In this document: piece after piece, positions 38,284-48,725 of the stretch | How positions within the stretch are numbered: the first letter of the stretch is position 1 | Layout of the letters: the number at the start of each line of letters is the position of its first letter | DNA from: Nibricoccus sp. | Lineage (GTDB): Bacteria > Verrucomicrobiota > Verrucomicrobiia > Opitutales > Opitutaceae | DNA length: 64,000 nt | Assembly (NCBI GenBank): GCA_047602425.1 | Contig: JASGHG010000001.1 | Location: 4,896,001 to 4,960,000, forward strand | Direction: 5' to 3' | Notes under the pieces: model-generated | The model's database searches: none | What the model was told of the DNA's origin: nothing | What the model saw: the letters and a program-made list of their open reading frames with translations, nothing else | Program-made: the position numbers and the translations under genes

Positions 38284-40116
38284 ATGATCGATTTCCAAAA
38301 AATAAAAAACAAAGCCGTAACTTCCCCAAAGCTAATCGTCGCAACACTCATGCTCTGCAGCACCACTTTCTCTTTTGGCGCGGAATCAAAAGGCTCGTCG
38401 AATTTTCTCGATTGGGCACCGACTCCGCCGATGGGTTGGAATAGTTGGGACTGTTTTGCCACCACGGTCACCGAAGAACAAACCAAGGCCCAAGCCGACT
38501 TCATGGCCGCCAAGCTCAAGGCCCATGGTTGGCAGTACATCGTTGTCGATATCCAGTGGTATGAACCCAATGCGAAAAGCCACGACTACCGTAAAGACGC
38601 CGTCCTAACGATGGATGCGTACGGACGCCTGCAACCTGCGACGAACCGCTTTCCATCGGCCAAAAATGAAAACGGTTTCAAAAGCCTCGCCGCGTACGTG
38701 CACAGTCTCGGCCTGAAGTTCGGCATCCACCTCATGCGAGGCATCCCCAGACAGGCCGTTGAAAAAAATCTACCGATTCTCGGAACCAAATTCCACGCCC
38801 AAGACATCGCCGACCGCGTGCATATTTGTCCATGGAATCCGGACATGTACGGCGTCGATATGAGCAAGCCCGGCGCACAGGAATACTACGACTCTGTTTT
38901 CGCGCTTATAGCCGAATGGGGCGTCGACTACGTGAAAGTCGATGACCTAAGCCGTCCTTATTTTCAGAACAAACCCGAAGTCGAAGCGATCCGTCGCGCC
39001 ATCGACAAAACCGGTCGTCCCATGGTGCTTAGCCTTTCGCCCGGGGCGACCGATATTAAAGCCGCCGATCACGTCACGAAACACGCCAACCTCTGGCGCA
39101 TCAGCGACGACTTTTGGGACCGCTGGCTCGCGCTGCGCGAACAATTCTGGCGCCTAGCCCAGTGGAATCCCCATCGCCGCCCCGGCGCCTGGCCCGATGC
39201 CGACATGCTCCCGCTAGGCACACTCGTGCTCGGAGAACGAACCACCCGCTTTACCCCAGACGAGCAGATCACACTGATGACCCTTTGGTCGATCGCCCGC
39301 TCCCCGCTCATGCATGGCGGCGACATGACGAAGACCGATCCGGCGACGCTGGCGCTGCTCACCAACGACGAGGTTCTCGCCGTCAACCAGCGCAGCGCGC
39401 AGAACCGCCCGCTCTTCGACCGCGACGGCTTGATCGCGTGGACCGCCATCGATCCCGCCAATGGCGACACCTATCTCGCCGTCTTCAACGCTCGTGACCG
39501 CGTGCGACTCACCAAAGAAAATGCCCGTCAATTCAACGCCGACGTTTCAGCCGTCCCTGCCACTCACGCTCAAATCGACATCGACGTTCTTGATAGTCGC
39601 AAACTTTTCCTCGTCGCCGAACCGGTTGCCGAATCCGACGGCTTCACGCCCGTGTTCTGGCAGTTCCCACGCGTACTGCTGGCCGACGGAACCGAACAAC
39701 TTATAACCGCCACGCCTTGGACACGCGCCGATGCCCAGTGGGACAGCGCCAAAGTACACAAAGACTCTGTGGGAAAACCAACCCGTCTGACCGCCCTCGC
39801 CTCCGCGGTCATTGAGTACGCACTGCCCCCTGGCGCACTGCGCTTCAAGGCCACCGCAGGCGTCGATGCCAATGGCAAAGCCGAAACCCTCGGCCACGTG
39901 CGCATTTTCACGGTCGTTTGCACTGAAACCAATGAAGACAAAAGTCCCGGCCTGCCGATCGAAGTTAAACTCGCCGAACTCGTCGGTACCGAATCCGCAC
40001 AGGTTCGCGACCTCTGGTCCGGCACCGATCTTGGCGAATTCAAAGGTTCGTTCGCACCCGTCGTACCGTATCACGGGGCGAAACTCTTCCGGCTAAAACG
40101 CGCTGCAAAAAAATAG
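38284..40116 (+). CDS. GH27 alpha-galactosidase/beta-L-arabinopyranosidase family with NPCBM-like insert
   Basis: TPPMGWNSW, VVDIQW, GVDYVKVDD, LWRISDDFWD, WPDADMLPLG. Confidence 0.9.
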   Translation: MIDFQKIKNKAVTSPKLIVATLMLCSTTFSFGAESKGSSNFLDWAPTPPMGWNSWDCFATTVTEEQTKAQADFMAAKLKAHGWQYIVVDIQWYEPNAKSHDYRKDAVLTMDAYGRLQPATNRFPSAKNENGFKSLAAYVHSLGLKFGIHLMRGIPRQAVEKNLPILGTKFHAQDIADRVHICPWNPDMYGVDMSKPGAQEYYDSVFALIAEWGVDYVKVDDLSRPYFQNKPEVEAIRRAIDKTGRPMVLSLSPGATDIKAADHVTKHANLWRISDDFWDRWLALREQFWRLAQWNPHRRPGAWPDADMLPLGTLVLGERTTRFTPDEQITLMTLWSIARSPLMHGGDMTKTDPATLALLTNDEVLAVNQRSAQNRPLFDRDGLIAWTAIDPANGDTYLAVFNARDRVRLTKENARQFNADVSAVPATHAQIDIDVLDSRKLFLVAEPVAESDGFTPVFWQFPRVLLADGTEQLITATPWTRADAQWDSAKVHKDSVGKPTRLTALASAVIEYALPPGALRFKATAGVDANGKAETLGHVRIFTVVCTETNEDKSPGLPIEVKLAELVGTESAQVRDLWSGTDLGEFKGSFAPVVPYHGAKLFRLKRAAKK

Positions 40117-40125
40117 CCGTACGAC

Positions 40126-40698
40126 GTGCTGCTCGCGCTCAACAAACCCTACGGCGTCCTCTCGCAGTTCACGCCCGAACCCGGTTCGAAATGGCGCACG
40201 CTCACGGAGTTCGGAATGCCGCCGCGCGTTTACCCAATCGGTCGCCTCGATGCCGATAGCGAGGGGTTGTTGCTGTTGACCGATGAAGCGCCACTCAACC
40301 AGCGCCTCCTCCATCCGCGCCACGGCCACCGGCGCGAATACTGGGTGCAAGTCGAACGTATTCCCACCGACAAGGCTCTTGCCAATCTCACCGCCGGACT
40401 TCGCGTCGGCGACCACGAGGCCTTGCCCTGCCGCGCCGCCCGCCTCGAACCAGCGCCAGAGGTTCCGCCGCGCGATCCTCCGATCCGCGTCCGCAAGACA
40501 GTCCCAGATTGCTGGATTTCCCTCGAAATCACCGAAGGTAAAAACCGCCAAGTCCGCCGCATGACCGCTGCCGTCGGCCACCCCACGCTGCGGCTCATTC
40601 GCGCGCGCATCGGTGAGCTCACGCTTTCCGATCTCGGCCTTTCTCCTGGACAGTGGCGCGAGTTGACGGCTTCCGAACGGCAACGCGTGTTCGAATAA
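40126..40698 (+). CDS. rluE: rRNA pseudouridine synthase (RluE-like)
   Basis: NKPYGVLSQF, GRLDADSEGLLLLTD, PPIRVRK, EGKNRQVRRMTAAVG. Confidence 0.88.
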   Translation: MLLALNKPYGVLSQFTPEPGSKWRTLTEFGMPPRVYPIGRLDADSEGLLLLTDEAPLNQRLLHPRHGHRREYWVQVERIPTDKALANLTAGLRVGDHEALPCRAARLEPAPEVPPRDPPIRVRKTVPDCWISLEITEGKNRQVRRMTAAVGHPTLRLIRARIGELTLSDLGLSPGQWRELTASERQRVFE

Positions 40699-40736
40699 GC
40701 TGAAGGGAACATGCGCTCTTTGGGTTTATTCTCTTC

Positions 40737-41618
40737 GTGAAACAATTCGTTCTGCCTGCCCTTTTCGTTTTCGGCACCGCCGTCTTGTCCGCTTCGCCAA
40801 CACGTCAACTGGCACTCGACGAAATGATTGCCGCTGAGCGCGCCTTTGCCGCACTTGCCGCCAAAACCAATACCCGTGACGCCTTCCTCACCTATCTGGC
40901 CGACGATGCAATCATGTTCGCCAACGGCCCGCGCAAAGGAAAGGAACTCTACGCCGGGCGGCCCATCGACGAAAGTTTGCTCGCGTGGGGACCTGCTTTT
41001 GCCGACGTAGCCTCTTCCGGCGATTTCGGTTACGATACCGGACCCTATACTCACCGCCAAAAGCGCACCGACGAAAAACCTTCGCGACAAGGTCAATTCG
41101 TCACCGTATGGAAAAAACAGGCGTCAGGCGAATGGCGCGTTATTTTCGACACCGGCTATGGCCATCCGCTGTCAGAAAACGAAGCTGCACCGGAAGTCCA
41201 ATATTCAACCATCATCTCGAAGCAAAATTCCCCGGTTCAGCCCAACGATTCCCGCATCGCGCTTCTCAATGCAGAAAACGCCTTTATCGATCGCTTGCGC
41301 AAGGACGGAGCGAGCGCGTATGACTCGGTTCTTTCCGCCGAAGCGCGTCGGCTGCATCACGGATCGCCGCCAGCGATTTCTCCAATCGCCATCCGGGCTC
41401 AGCTCGAAAAATTCTCCTCCAGCGAGATACTGAGCTATGAGCCGATCGCAGCGACCACCGCGAGCAGCGGCGACCTTGGCTACGCCTATGGCTGGGTAAC
41501 GACGGAAAAATCCATAGCCGAGAAAACGGCATCGCAACGTTCCAACTACCTGCGCATTTGGAAACGCGAAAACGGCAAGGATTGGCGTCTTGTCCTCGAA
41601 CTCACCGGACCGGGTTGA
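40737..41618 (+). CDS. Secreted tandem DUF4440/NTF2-like domain protein
   Basis: Two repeats of AE.AF...ASSGD(F/L)GY..G...Y/F..(V/I)WK(K/R)...W; signal peptide. Confidence 0.8.
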   Translation: MKQFVLPALFVFGTAVLSASPTRQLALDEMIAAERAFAALAAKTNTRDAFLTYLADDAIMFANGPRKGKELYAGRPIDESLLAWGPAFADVASSGDFGYDTGPYTHRQKRTDEKPSRQGQFVTVWKKQASGEWRVIFDTGYGHPLSENEAAPEVQYSTIISKQNSPVQPNDSRIALLNAENAFIDRLRKDGASAYDSVLSAEARRLHHGSPPAISPIAIRAQLEKFSSSEILSYEPIAATTASSGDLGYAYGWVTTEKSIAEKTASQRSNYLRIWKRENGKDWRLVLELTGPG

Positions 41619-41648
41619 CCAGATCGTTCCGCGCGCCACTTTGGCGTC

Positions 41649-42017
41649 ATGCCAAATCCGCCCGCTGTCGTTTACGTCTACTCCGGTTGCAGCACTTGCC
41701 GCGACGCGCTGAAGTGGCTGAACGCTCACAAAATTGCTTTTACCGAAAAACCTATCCGCGAGACACCGCCAAGCGCGTCCGAGTTGAAACAGATGCTCGC
41801 GTTTCAAAACGGGAACCTCCGTCGTCTCTTCAATACTTCCGGCCTCGAATACCGCGCCCTCAAATTGAGCGACAAACTGCCGGCAATGAGCGAGGACGAA
41901 GCTCTTACTCTGCTCGAAAGTAACGGCAAACTCGTCAAGCGCCCTTTTGTCCTTGGCGAAAAGTTCGGCCTCGTCGGTTTTGATGAAGAAGCCTGGTCCA
42001 AGGTGTTCAAAACATGA
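41649..42017 (+). CDS. ArsC/Spx/YffB family thioredoxin-fold protein
   Basis: CSTC, LFNTSG..YR, LVKRPF, VGF. Confidence 0.9.
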   Translation: MPNPPAVVYVYSGCSTCRDALKWLNAHKIAFTEKPIRETPPSASELKQMLAFQNGNLRRLFNTSGLEYRALKLSDKLPAMSEDEALTLLESNGKLVKRPFVLGEKFGLVGFDEEAWSKVFKT

Positions 42018-42556
42018 CCGAGGCGGACCTCGATGTTCTCTATCACGCGTTGCCTCCGCGTCCGACGCGCACTGGCCGCGTGGAGTCTCTTAACGTCCGG
42101 CCCGGTCCAGCCGGCGAACGTGAAGCGCGGGAAAAAATCCAGCTCGATCCAGCGCGCGGAGCCATTGGCGATCGCTGGGAGCGCAAAACCTGGCTCCATC
42201 TCCCCGATGGTCGTCCCGATCCCCGCGTGCAGCTTGCGCTCTGTAATACCAGTCTCCTCGCGCTCATGCAACAAGCCGCCGGAACACAGCATCACCCGGG
42301 CGACACCCTTTTCACAAACCTCGACCTATCGGTAAATCATCTGCCGGTCGGTTCACGGCTGCGAGCCGGTACGGCAATCATCGAAATCTCCGATGTTGAA
42401 AACGACGCCTGCGCCAAATTCGCCGCTCACTACGGCGACGTAATTTTCCAATGGATCCGCCGACCCGACAACCGCCCGCTCCGTTTGCGCGGATGTTTCG
42501 CCCGCGTGGTAGAATGCGGCGTGGTCAGCGTCGGCGATTTGGTACAACGTCTTTAA
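42014..42556 (+). CDS. MOSC domain protein
   Basis: GDRW, PGDTL, LPVGSRL..GTA..E, CAKF, RG..ARVV..G.V.VGD; ATGA overlap with the upstream gene. Confidence 0.8.
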   Translation: MTEADLDVLYHALPPRPTRTGRVESLNVRPGPAGEREAREKIQLDPARGAIGDRWERKTWLHLPDGRPDPRVQLALCNTSLLALMQQAAGTQHHPGDTLFTNLDLSVNHLPVGSRLRAGTAIIEISDVENDACAKFAAHYGDVIFQWIRRPDNRPLRLRGCFARVVECGVVSVGDLVQRL

Positions 42557-42566
42557 ACAACCAAAG

Positions 42567-42599
42567 AAAAACCGCAGGGTGCAAAACACCGCTGCGGTT
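42567..42599 (-). terminator. Likely terminator for the aminotransferase
   Basis: aaccgcag-ggtg...cacc-g-ctgcggtt stem preceded by an A run. Confidence 0.6.
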
Positions 42600-42623
42600 G
42601 AAAATCGTAGGAATCGCCCGGGA

Positions 42624-43814
42624 TTATTTCTTCAGCGAAGCGCAGAAACGCGCGAGGCGCTCGACGCCACGCTTGAGCGTGTCGTCGCTCGTCGCATAGC
42701 TGAGGCGCAAGTAGCCCGGCGAACCGAAGGCGCTGCCAAAAACAGCTGCGACTTTTTCCTTTTCGAGGAGCTGATTGCAGAAGTCCTGATCCGAAAGACC
42801 GAAGCTCGAAATGTTCGGGAAGAGGTAAAATGCGCCCTGCGAGAGCACGCAGCTGATGCCGGGAATCTTATTGAGTTCGGCATGCAGGAATTTGCGGCGG
42901 CGATCGAAGGCCGTGAGCATTTCCTTGAGGGCGCCGGCGGTCTTTTCCTTTTCCGTGAGGGCCGCGAGAGCGCCGTACTGGGCAAAAGTCGTGGCGTTGC
43001 TCGACTGCTGGCTCTGGATTTCGGCGCAGGCTTTGGCGATAGGAGCTGGTGCGATCAAGGTGCCGAGACGCCAGCCAGTCATCGAGTAGGTCTTCGAGAA
43101 ACCGGCGACCACGATCGTGCGGGCTTCAGCTTCCTTCGAGAGCGCGGCGACGCAAGTCGGCTTGAAGCCGTCGTACATGAGGTGCTCGTACATCTCGTCG
43201 GAGAGGATGTAGAGATTGTGCTTCACCGCCACGGCAACGATTTTCTCAAGCTGCTCGCGCGTATAAACCGCACCGGACGGATTCGAGGGCGAATTGAGGA
43301 CCAGCATGCGGGTCTTCGGCGTGATCGCAGCCTCGAGAATTTCGGGCGTGAGAAGGAAGCCGGTCTTGTCGTCCGCGGCGACGAATTTCGGCGTGGCGCC
43401 CGCAAGCTTAACCATTTCAGGGTAACTAACCCAGTAAGGCGCGGGAATGATCACTTCGTCGCCAGGCGAACAAACAGCCATGATACCGAGATAGCAGGAA
43501 AACTTGCCGCCAGGCGAAACGACGACCTGCGAAGGAGCGACCTTCAGGCCGTACTCGGCGAGATAACGGTCGGCAATGGCCTGACGCAACGGATCGATGC
43601 CGGGCGTAGGCGCATATTTAGTCTTGCCGGATTTGAGAGCGGCGATGCATGCCTCCTTGATGTGTTCGGGCGTGTCGAAATCGGGTTCACCGGCGGCGAA
43701 ATTGAGAACGTCTTCACCGGCGGCCTTGAGTGCCTTCGCTTTGGCGTCGACCGCGAGGGTTGGCGACGGCGCTATGTTCTTGGCCCAAACAGAGAGAGGA
43801 GGAGGTGTGCTCAT
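42624..43814 (-). CDS. aspC: Class I/II PLP aminotransferase (aspartate aminotransferase-like)
   Basis: [51 protein letters not shown]. Confidence 0.9.
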   Translation of the reverse strand: MSTPPPLSVWAKNIAPSPTLAVDAKAKALKAAGEDVLNFAAGEPDFDTPEHIKEACIAALKSGKTKYAPTPGIDPLRQAIADRYLAEYGLKVAPSQVVVSPGGKFSCYLGIMAVCSPGDEVIIPAPYWVSYPEMVKLAGATPKFVAADDKTGFLLTPEILEAAITPKTRMLVLNSPSNPSGAVYTREQLEKIVAVAVKHNLYILSDEMYEHLMYDGFKPTCVAALSKEAEARTIVVAGFSKTYSMTGWRLGTLIAPAPIAKACAEIQSQQSSNATTFAQYGALAALTEKEKTAGALKEMLTAFDRRRKFLHAELNKIPGISCVLSQGAFYLFPNISSFGLSDQDFCNQLLEKEKVAAVFGSAFGSPGYLRLSYATSDDTLKRGVERLARFCASLKK

Positions 43815-43853
43815 GTAGGTTAGAAGGCGGACGACTAAACGGTTGACGCAAAC

Positions 43854-43885
43854 AAAAGCAAGCGCGCCTTTGCGGGCGCGCTTGC
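43854..43885 (-). terminator. Rho-independent terminator after the RHH gene
   Basis: A run, then gcaagcgcgcc-tttgcg-ggcgcgcttgc. Confidence 0.75.
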
Positions 43886-43931
43886 AGGAAGGAAGAGGGG
43901 GTTGGCTCCGGCCGTGCCGGGCTCCGAAAGG

Positions 43932-44255
43932 TTATTTTTTGCCCGCCTTTTTGGCTGCTTTGGCTTCGAGGCAGTCGATCGCGACGCGCAGGAGTTCGCC
44001 GACACTGACCTTCTTCTTGCGCGAGACCTTGGTTAGCTTGGTTTTCTGATCGAGCGGCAGCCGAACCGAGATCTGACGGTGTTCCTCGGCAGAGGATTCA
44101 AAGACGTCGTAGTCAAATTCGCCAATAGCGAGGCGCACCACTTCGCTCGCGGATTTTAGGCCGAGGCGTTTCTGATGGGCACCTAGTTTCCCGATGAGGG
44201 AAACGGGAAGGTCAAACGTGAGCGGTGACGGGGCATTAGGACTTTTCTTAGCCAT
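43932..44255 (-). CDS. Tandem ribbon-helix-helix (CopG-like) DNA-binding protein
   Basis: Two RHH-like repeats: TFDLP...SASEVVRLAI and SVRLP...SVGELLRVAI; basic tail. Confidence 0.75.
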   Translation of the reverse strand: MAKKSPNAPSPLTFDLPVSLIGKLGAHQKRLGLKSASEVVRLAIGEFDYDVFESSAEEHRQISVRLPLDQKTKLTKVSRKKKVSVGELLRVAIDCLEAKAAKKAGKK

Positions 44256-44475
44256 AGCTTTGCTGGTTACACGACCAATGGGTTTTTCTCGCAGTTCCAA
44301 AAGTGGCTCCCGTAGGAGGAATGATGAAAACTATTCAGAACCTGCGGCGGTCTGCAACCAGAATCTCACTACAAATTCAGGGCATCACACGTATTCAAGA
44401 AAGCCCTTCAATCGGGCGAAACCAGCCAAAAGACACCAGCATTACCTCTGAAACAAAACCATTACCAATGGAAAC

Positions 44476-45345
44476 CTATTGGGTAACCAAACGCAGTCGT
44501 TCTGGCGCAGGCGGCTGGATCGTCTCGCTCAAGCTTTCCGGCGCGAACAATACGGGAAGCAGGTCAAGATTGAGCGCGGCGCGAGCGATAACCAAACGGG
44601 TTTTATTGCGCGTCTCGTCGTTGCGCACGTCAACGCTTTTGGGGATCCATTGGTCGTCGACCTTCTTCAGATCGAGAATAGTGATGGACTTCAGCAGGGC
44701 ATCCTTGTCGCCGATTTGTTCGGCCTGCACCAATGCCTTGAACTGAGTGTCGAGGTAGACGCGCACACCGCAAAGTTGCGGACGCTGCGCAGTGACCTCA
44801 GCCGGTGGATACAAAAGAAACACATGCGCCGGGCGCCCGCGCACACGGGCGAGTCCTTCAAAAACAAAATCGTTCCAAAACAAAAAAGACATTTGCAGGT
44901 CGAAGGCCGTCAGGTCCGTGGCGGCAAGCGGTTCAAACAGCCCGTGGATGCCGAGCGGTTCGGCCGACTTGCCGATCTGACCAGCTTGCCAGCGCCAGAG
45001 GGCGCTTTGTGGACCATTTTGCACCAGCAGGCGCACTTTTTGAGCAGCATCGTTTGGCCAGAGTTCGACCCGCCAAATCGGGCCTTTTTCGTTGCGACCG
45101 ATCCAGAGTCGAGCCGGTACCATTTTACCCTCGCCGCGGCGCGGCATGACTTGCAGTGCAACTTCCCAATACATGTCACTGGGCAAACCGGTCTGGCGAA
45201 AATCCTCGAGAATGCGCCGGCCTTCGGCCTGATCGGGTTTGCCAAATTGCAGGTAATTGTTCGCGGGCGGACGATAAATTTTCTCCTGAGCGAACGCGGC
45301 GAGCGTAGCCATAACAAAAAAGAAAAGGCAGGCGGCTTTCGCCAC
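44476..45345 (-). CDS. LolA-like outer-membrane lipoprotein-sorting protein
   Basis: TDLTAFDL, LKKVDDQWIP, TRL motifs; start is either GTG 45345 or ATG 45312. Confidence 0.7.
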   Translation of the reverse strand: MAKAACLFFFVMATLAAFAQEKIYRPPANNYLQFGKPDQAEGRRILEDFRQTGLPSDMYWEVALQVMPRRGEGKMVPARLWIGRNEKGPIWRVELWPNDAAQKVRLLVQNGPQSALWRWQAGQIGKSAEPLGIHGLFEPLAATDLTAFDLQMSFLFWNDFVFEGLARVRGRPAHVFLLYPPAEVTAQRPQLCGVRVYLDTQFKALVQAEQIGDKDALLKSITILDLKKVDDQWIPKSVDVRNDETRNKTRLVIARAALNLDLLPVLFAPESLSETIQPPAPERLRLVTQ

Positions 45346-45352
45346 CTGCCTT
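45316..45352 (-). terminator. Rho-independent terminator after secG
   Basis: Minus strand reads aaggcaggtggc-GAAA-gccgcctgcctt-ttctttttt. Confidence 0.75.
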
Positions 45353-45397
45353 ATGAAAAACGTCGAACGTGCAGCCCGCGTGTGCACGGCGTTGAAA

Positions 45398-45760
45398 TTA
45401 TTTACCCGCGGGAGCCGGTGCCTCAGGGGCAGGTGTCGCGGCCGGGGCGGCGGCGGGAGCAGCAGGCGCCACGATGGTCGGAAGAGCCTCGCCTGTGCCG
45501 CCGACGTGCTTGTGCTTGTAAACTTGTGCAAGATAGAGGCCGAAGCTGATGACGAAGAAAGCGATTGCGGCATTGATCGTCGATTTCGAGAGGACGTTGC
45601 CCGTGTCGGCGCCAAAGGCTGCCTCGGCCACGCCGCCGCCCATCGCAGCGCCCATGCCGCCGTCCTTCGACTTTTGCATGAGGACAACGAGGACTAAAAA
45701 CAAGGAAACGAGGATAAGGGCGAAGGTGAAGACGCCGATCAAAATGCTCAGAAAGGTCAT
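45398..45760 (-). CDS. secG: Preprotein translocase subunit SecG
   Basis: TM1-VLMQKSKDGGMG...FG..TGNVLSK.T-TM2; Pro/Ala-rich tail. Confidence 0.92.
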   Translation of the reverse strand: MTFLSILIGVFTFALILVSLFLVLVVLMQKSKDGGMGAAMGGGVAEAAFGADTGNVLSKSTINAAIAFFVISFGLYLAQVYKHKHVGGTGEALPTIVAPAAPAAAPAATPAPEAPAPAGK

Positions 45761-45867
45761 GTGAAAGGGTTCAACAGAGCCGTCCCGCGTGGGATTTGTC
45801 AACGTTGAGTTATAGGGACTTTACAGGATACGAAAAGCCCTCGGCCGGCGGGCCCGCCGCTCGTCGT

Positions 45868-47748
45868 TCAAATCTGATAATCCTTGGGACTGTCGTGATC
45901 CCCGGCCGGTGCGTTAAACGGGGCGTTGGTGGCACTTTCCTTCTTGGCGCGATCGTAAAAGATACGGACCTCCGCCTTCTTGGTTTGCAAGAGATGAGAA
46001 GCGCGCAACAAAGCCTTCTTGGTGCTGGCGGTCAGGTTCGCCTCGGCGGGGAAAATGTTGTCCGCGCCAATTTTTTCGTACGTGCCGCTAGCACGCAAAA
46101 CGGCTTCCACGTCGGGGTTGATTCCGCTCACGATAAGAAAACGCCCGCTCTTGGTCAGGTAGTCGTGAAGTTCGAGCAACGACATGACCGAGGTGGCGTC
46201 GAGATGGCGCGCGTTTTTCATGCGCAGGATGATGACGCGGATTTTATCGTCATTCGAAAGCAATCGTACCTGTTCCTGGAACAAATCGGCTGCGCCAAAA
46301 AACAATTCGCCTTCCACGTGCACAATCGAGATCGCGCTGTTTCGGCGCTGTGCCTTGTCCTCGAGTTCGGACAAATTTCCCGCTGCGTCGAAACCGTATT
46401 CGACGAGCGACGGCGCGCTAGCCTTGCGCAAAAAGAGCGCAAGCGACGCGCCGATGCCGACGTAAATAGCTGAGTCGAGCTTGAGGAAAAACGCGGCGGC
46501 AAGCGTGACCATGAGCACAATCGCGTCGGAACGCGTCGCGCGCCAGGCAATGCGGAGTTGCTCGGGGTTGAGCAGTTTCACCCCGATGCGAATCAGATGG
46601 GCCGCAAGGCACGGAACCGGGATGTCGTTGATCAAACCGGTGACGAAAAAAAGGCCGATGAGCACAATGCCGCTGCTAAGCAACGAGGAAACCTGCGTGC
46701 GGCCTCCGCTTTGCAAGTTTGCGCCGCTGCGGGCAAAGGAGGCCGAACCGGGCATCGCGCCGAATGCGCTATTGGAAAGGTTCGCCAGACCCATGGCGAT
46801 AAGTTCCTGGTTCGGGTCCACGCGCTGGCCCGATTTAGCGGCGAGACTTTTACCGAGGGAAACCGCCTCCAGCATGCCAAGGATCGACACCGCGAGCGCC
46901 GTGCTGAGCAAGGCGGGGATCGAGTCGAGTTGCGCGCTGCCAAACCTAATGCCCAGAAAAGACGGCAGCGCCGCCGAAAGTGCGCCTTCGTCGCGAATCG
47001 TGTGGATGCCGAGGTGCGCAAGACCCGCCCATTTTGAAATCAGGGCGAGCGAGACGAGCACCACCAACTCCACCGGAATTTTCGGCAGGAAACGCTCGAC
47101 GACATAGAAAAGCACCAGCGTCAGCACTCCCATCAGCGCCGCATACATGTTCAAATCGAGCGTCACCACATGGCCCAGCGCATGCCACAGATTTTGCAGA
47201 AAGTTGCCGTGACCCGAGGCCTCAATCCCCAACAGGTTCGAGAATTGACCCGCCGCCAGCAGCAGGCCGATCGCGGTGCTGTAGGCGATGATGACCGAAC
47301 GGGAGATGAACTGGGTCAATTTTCCCAACTGCGTGAGCCCGGCCGCCAATTGAAACGAACCAATTAACAATGCTAACAACAACGCGATCTCGGCCGGTTC
47401 CAGCGAACCGCCCTTGAACGAAAAAATCGTCGCCGCCAGGATGATGCTCATCGAGTTCGTCGGCCCAAACACAAGATGGTGCGACGAGGTGAAGAGCGCG
47501 TAGACGAAACCGCCCACCACCACCGACATGATCACCATGAGCGGCGGCAATCCTGCGATCAGCGCAAAACCGATCGCCTGCGGGATCGAGACGAGCGAAA
47601 CCGTGGCGCCCGCCAGGAGATCGGCGCGAAATTTTCCGCGGTTGTACGCCCGCAACTCGTCGGCCAGGGGAAAACGCCCGCGCAGCCAGCGCCGCGAAAA
47701 ACGCCGGAGGTCCTGCGCGGTGTCAGCGGCGTTTTCGTTCCCTGCCAT
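45868..47748 (-). CDS. SulP family anion permease with STAS domain
   Basis: DLLAG...IPQAIGFALIAGLPP, GPT, NQELIAMG, GSASFARS, GELFFGA, HLDAT. Confidence 0.93.
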   Translation of the reverse strand: MAGNENAADTAQDLRRFSRRWLRGRFPLADELRAYNRGKFRADLLAGATVSLVSIPQAIGFALIAGLPPLMVIMSVVVGGFVYALFTSSHHLVFGPTNSMSIILAATIFSFKGGSLEPAEIALLLALLIGSFQLAAGLTQLGKLTQFISRSVIIAYSTAIGLLLAAGQFSNLLGIEASGHGNFLQNLWHALGHVVTLDLNMYAALMGVLTLVLFYVVERFLPKIPVELVVLVSLALISKWAGLAHLGIHTIRDEGALSAALPSFLGIRFGSAQLDSIPALLSTALAVSILGMLEAVSLGKSLAAKSGQRVDPNQELIAMGLANLSNSAFGAMPGSASFARSGANLQSGGRTQVSSLLSSGIVLIGLFFVTGLINDIPVPCLAAHLIRIGVKLLNPEQLRIAWRATRSDAIVLMVTLAAAFFLKLDSAIYVGIGASLALFLRKASAPSLVEYGFDAAGNLSELEDKAQRRNSAISIVHVEGELFFGAADLFQEQVRLLSNDDKIRVIILRMKNARHLDATSVMSLLELHDYLTKSGRFLIVSGINPDVEAVLRASGTYEKIGADNIFPAEANLTASTKKALLRASHLLQTKKAEVRIFYDRAKKESATNAPFNAPAGDHDSPKDYQI

Positions 47749-47765
47749 CGAGTGGTTTCAATTGG

Positions 47766-48716
47766 TTAGGCTTCGACCCCGAGTTTTTCCAGGATGCGCT
47801 GAAGGTCTTCGTTGCCGGCGTACTCGATGACGATCTTGCCGCGCTTGGGCGTATGTTTGACGGCCACGCGCGCTCCCAGGTGTGAAGTGAGTTTTTTCTC
47901 GATGCTGGCAACGGCTGCCTGCTCCATGGGGGGAGCGGAACGGCTCGAACCGGCCGCTGGCGTGGCAGTCGGGGCGATCTTGTGGGAGGCGACGAGTTTT
48001 TCCGTCGCGCGCACACTCAGACCTTCCTCGATGATGCGGCGGCCAAGCACAGCCCGGCGCGGCGTGTCGTCAACACCAAGCAAAACTTTCGCGTGTCCCA
48101 CGGAGAGCAGGCCTTTCGAAAGATAGCCTTGGAGCTCGGCGTCGAGCGAAAGCAAGCGCAGCGAGTTGGCCACGGAAGCGCGGCCCTTCCCCACCCGCTC
48201 GGCGGCGGATTCCTGCGTGAGGTCGAAATCGCGGATCAACGAAGCGTAACCATAAGCTTCTTCCACGGGGTTGAGTCCTTCGCGCTGCAAATTCTCGATC
48301 AACCCGAGCGCCGCGGACGAGGCATTGCTCGCCTCAACCAAGCGCGCCGGGATGTTCTTGATCTTGAGCATCTGGAAGGCGCGCCAACGGCGTTCGCCCG
48401 CGATGAGTTGGTATTTGTCAGCGTGTTTGCGCACGACGATCGGTTGCAACAAGCCCTCGGAACGAATGCTCTCGGCGAGTTCGCTGAGTTGCTCCGGCGA
48501 GATTTCGCGCCGCGCCTGGTAAGGGCTCGGCTCGACGAGATGGACGGGGATTTCCTGGAATCCCGGGGCGCCGGCGGGTGCCGGAGCGGAAGCGGCGGGA
48601 AGCACCGGAGCCGCCGCCGGAGTTTTGGCGGTGGCTTCAGGTTTTGCTGAGGCGGGTGTGGCGGCGGCGATGAGTCCGCCGAGTCCGCGACCGAGTCGTG
48701 ATTTTGGAGCAGCCAT
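47766..48716 (-). CDS. parB: ParB/Spo0J partition protein
   Basis: LGRGLGGLI, GLLQPIVVR, IAGERRWRA, IENLQREGL, HTH region, GHAKVLL, LSVRATE. Confidence 0.95.
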   Translation of the reverse strand: MAAPKSRLGRGLGGLIAAATPASAKPEATAKTPAAAPVLPAASAPAPAGAPGFQEIPVHLVEPSPYQARREISPEQLSELAESIRSEGLLQPIVVRKHADKYQLIAGERRWRAFQMLKIKNIPARLVEASNASSAALGLIENLQREGLNPVEEAYGYASLIRDFDLTQESAAERVGKGRASVANSLRLLSLDAELQGYLSKGLLSVGHAKVLLGVDDTPRRAVLGRRIIEEGLSVRATEKLVASHKIAPTATPAAGSSRSAPPMEQAAVASIEKKLTSHLGARVAVKHTPKRGKIVIEYAGNEDLQRILEKLGVEA

Positions 48717-48725
48717 GTTGGTGTA

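Noticed and set aside
42579..43823. 414 aa + strand ORF
   Set aside because: Antisense shadow of the aminotransferase
44479..45549. 356 aa + strand ORF, and the 403 aa minus-strand extension to 45687
   Set aside because: Antisense to the LolA-like gene; the extension overlaps secG in another frame
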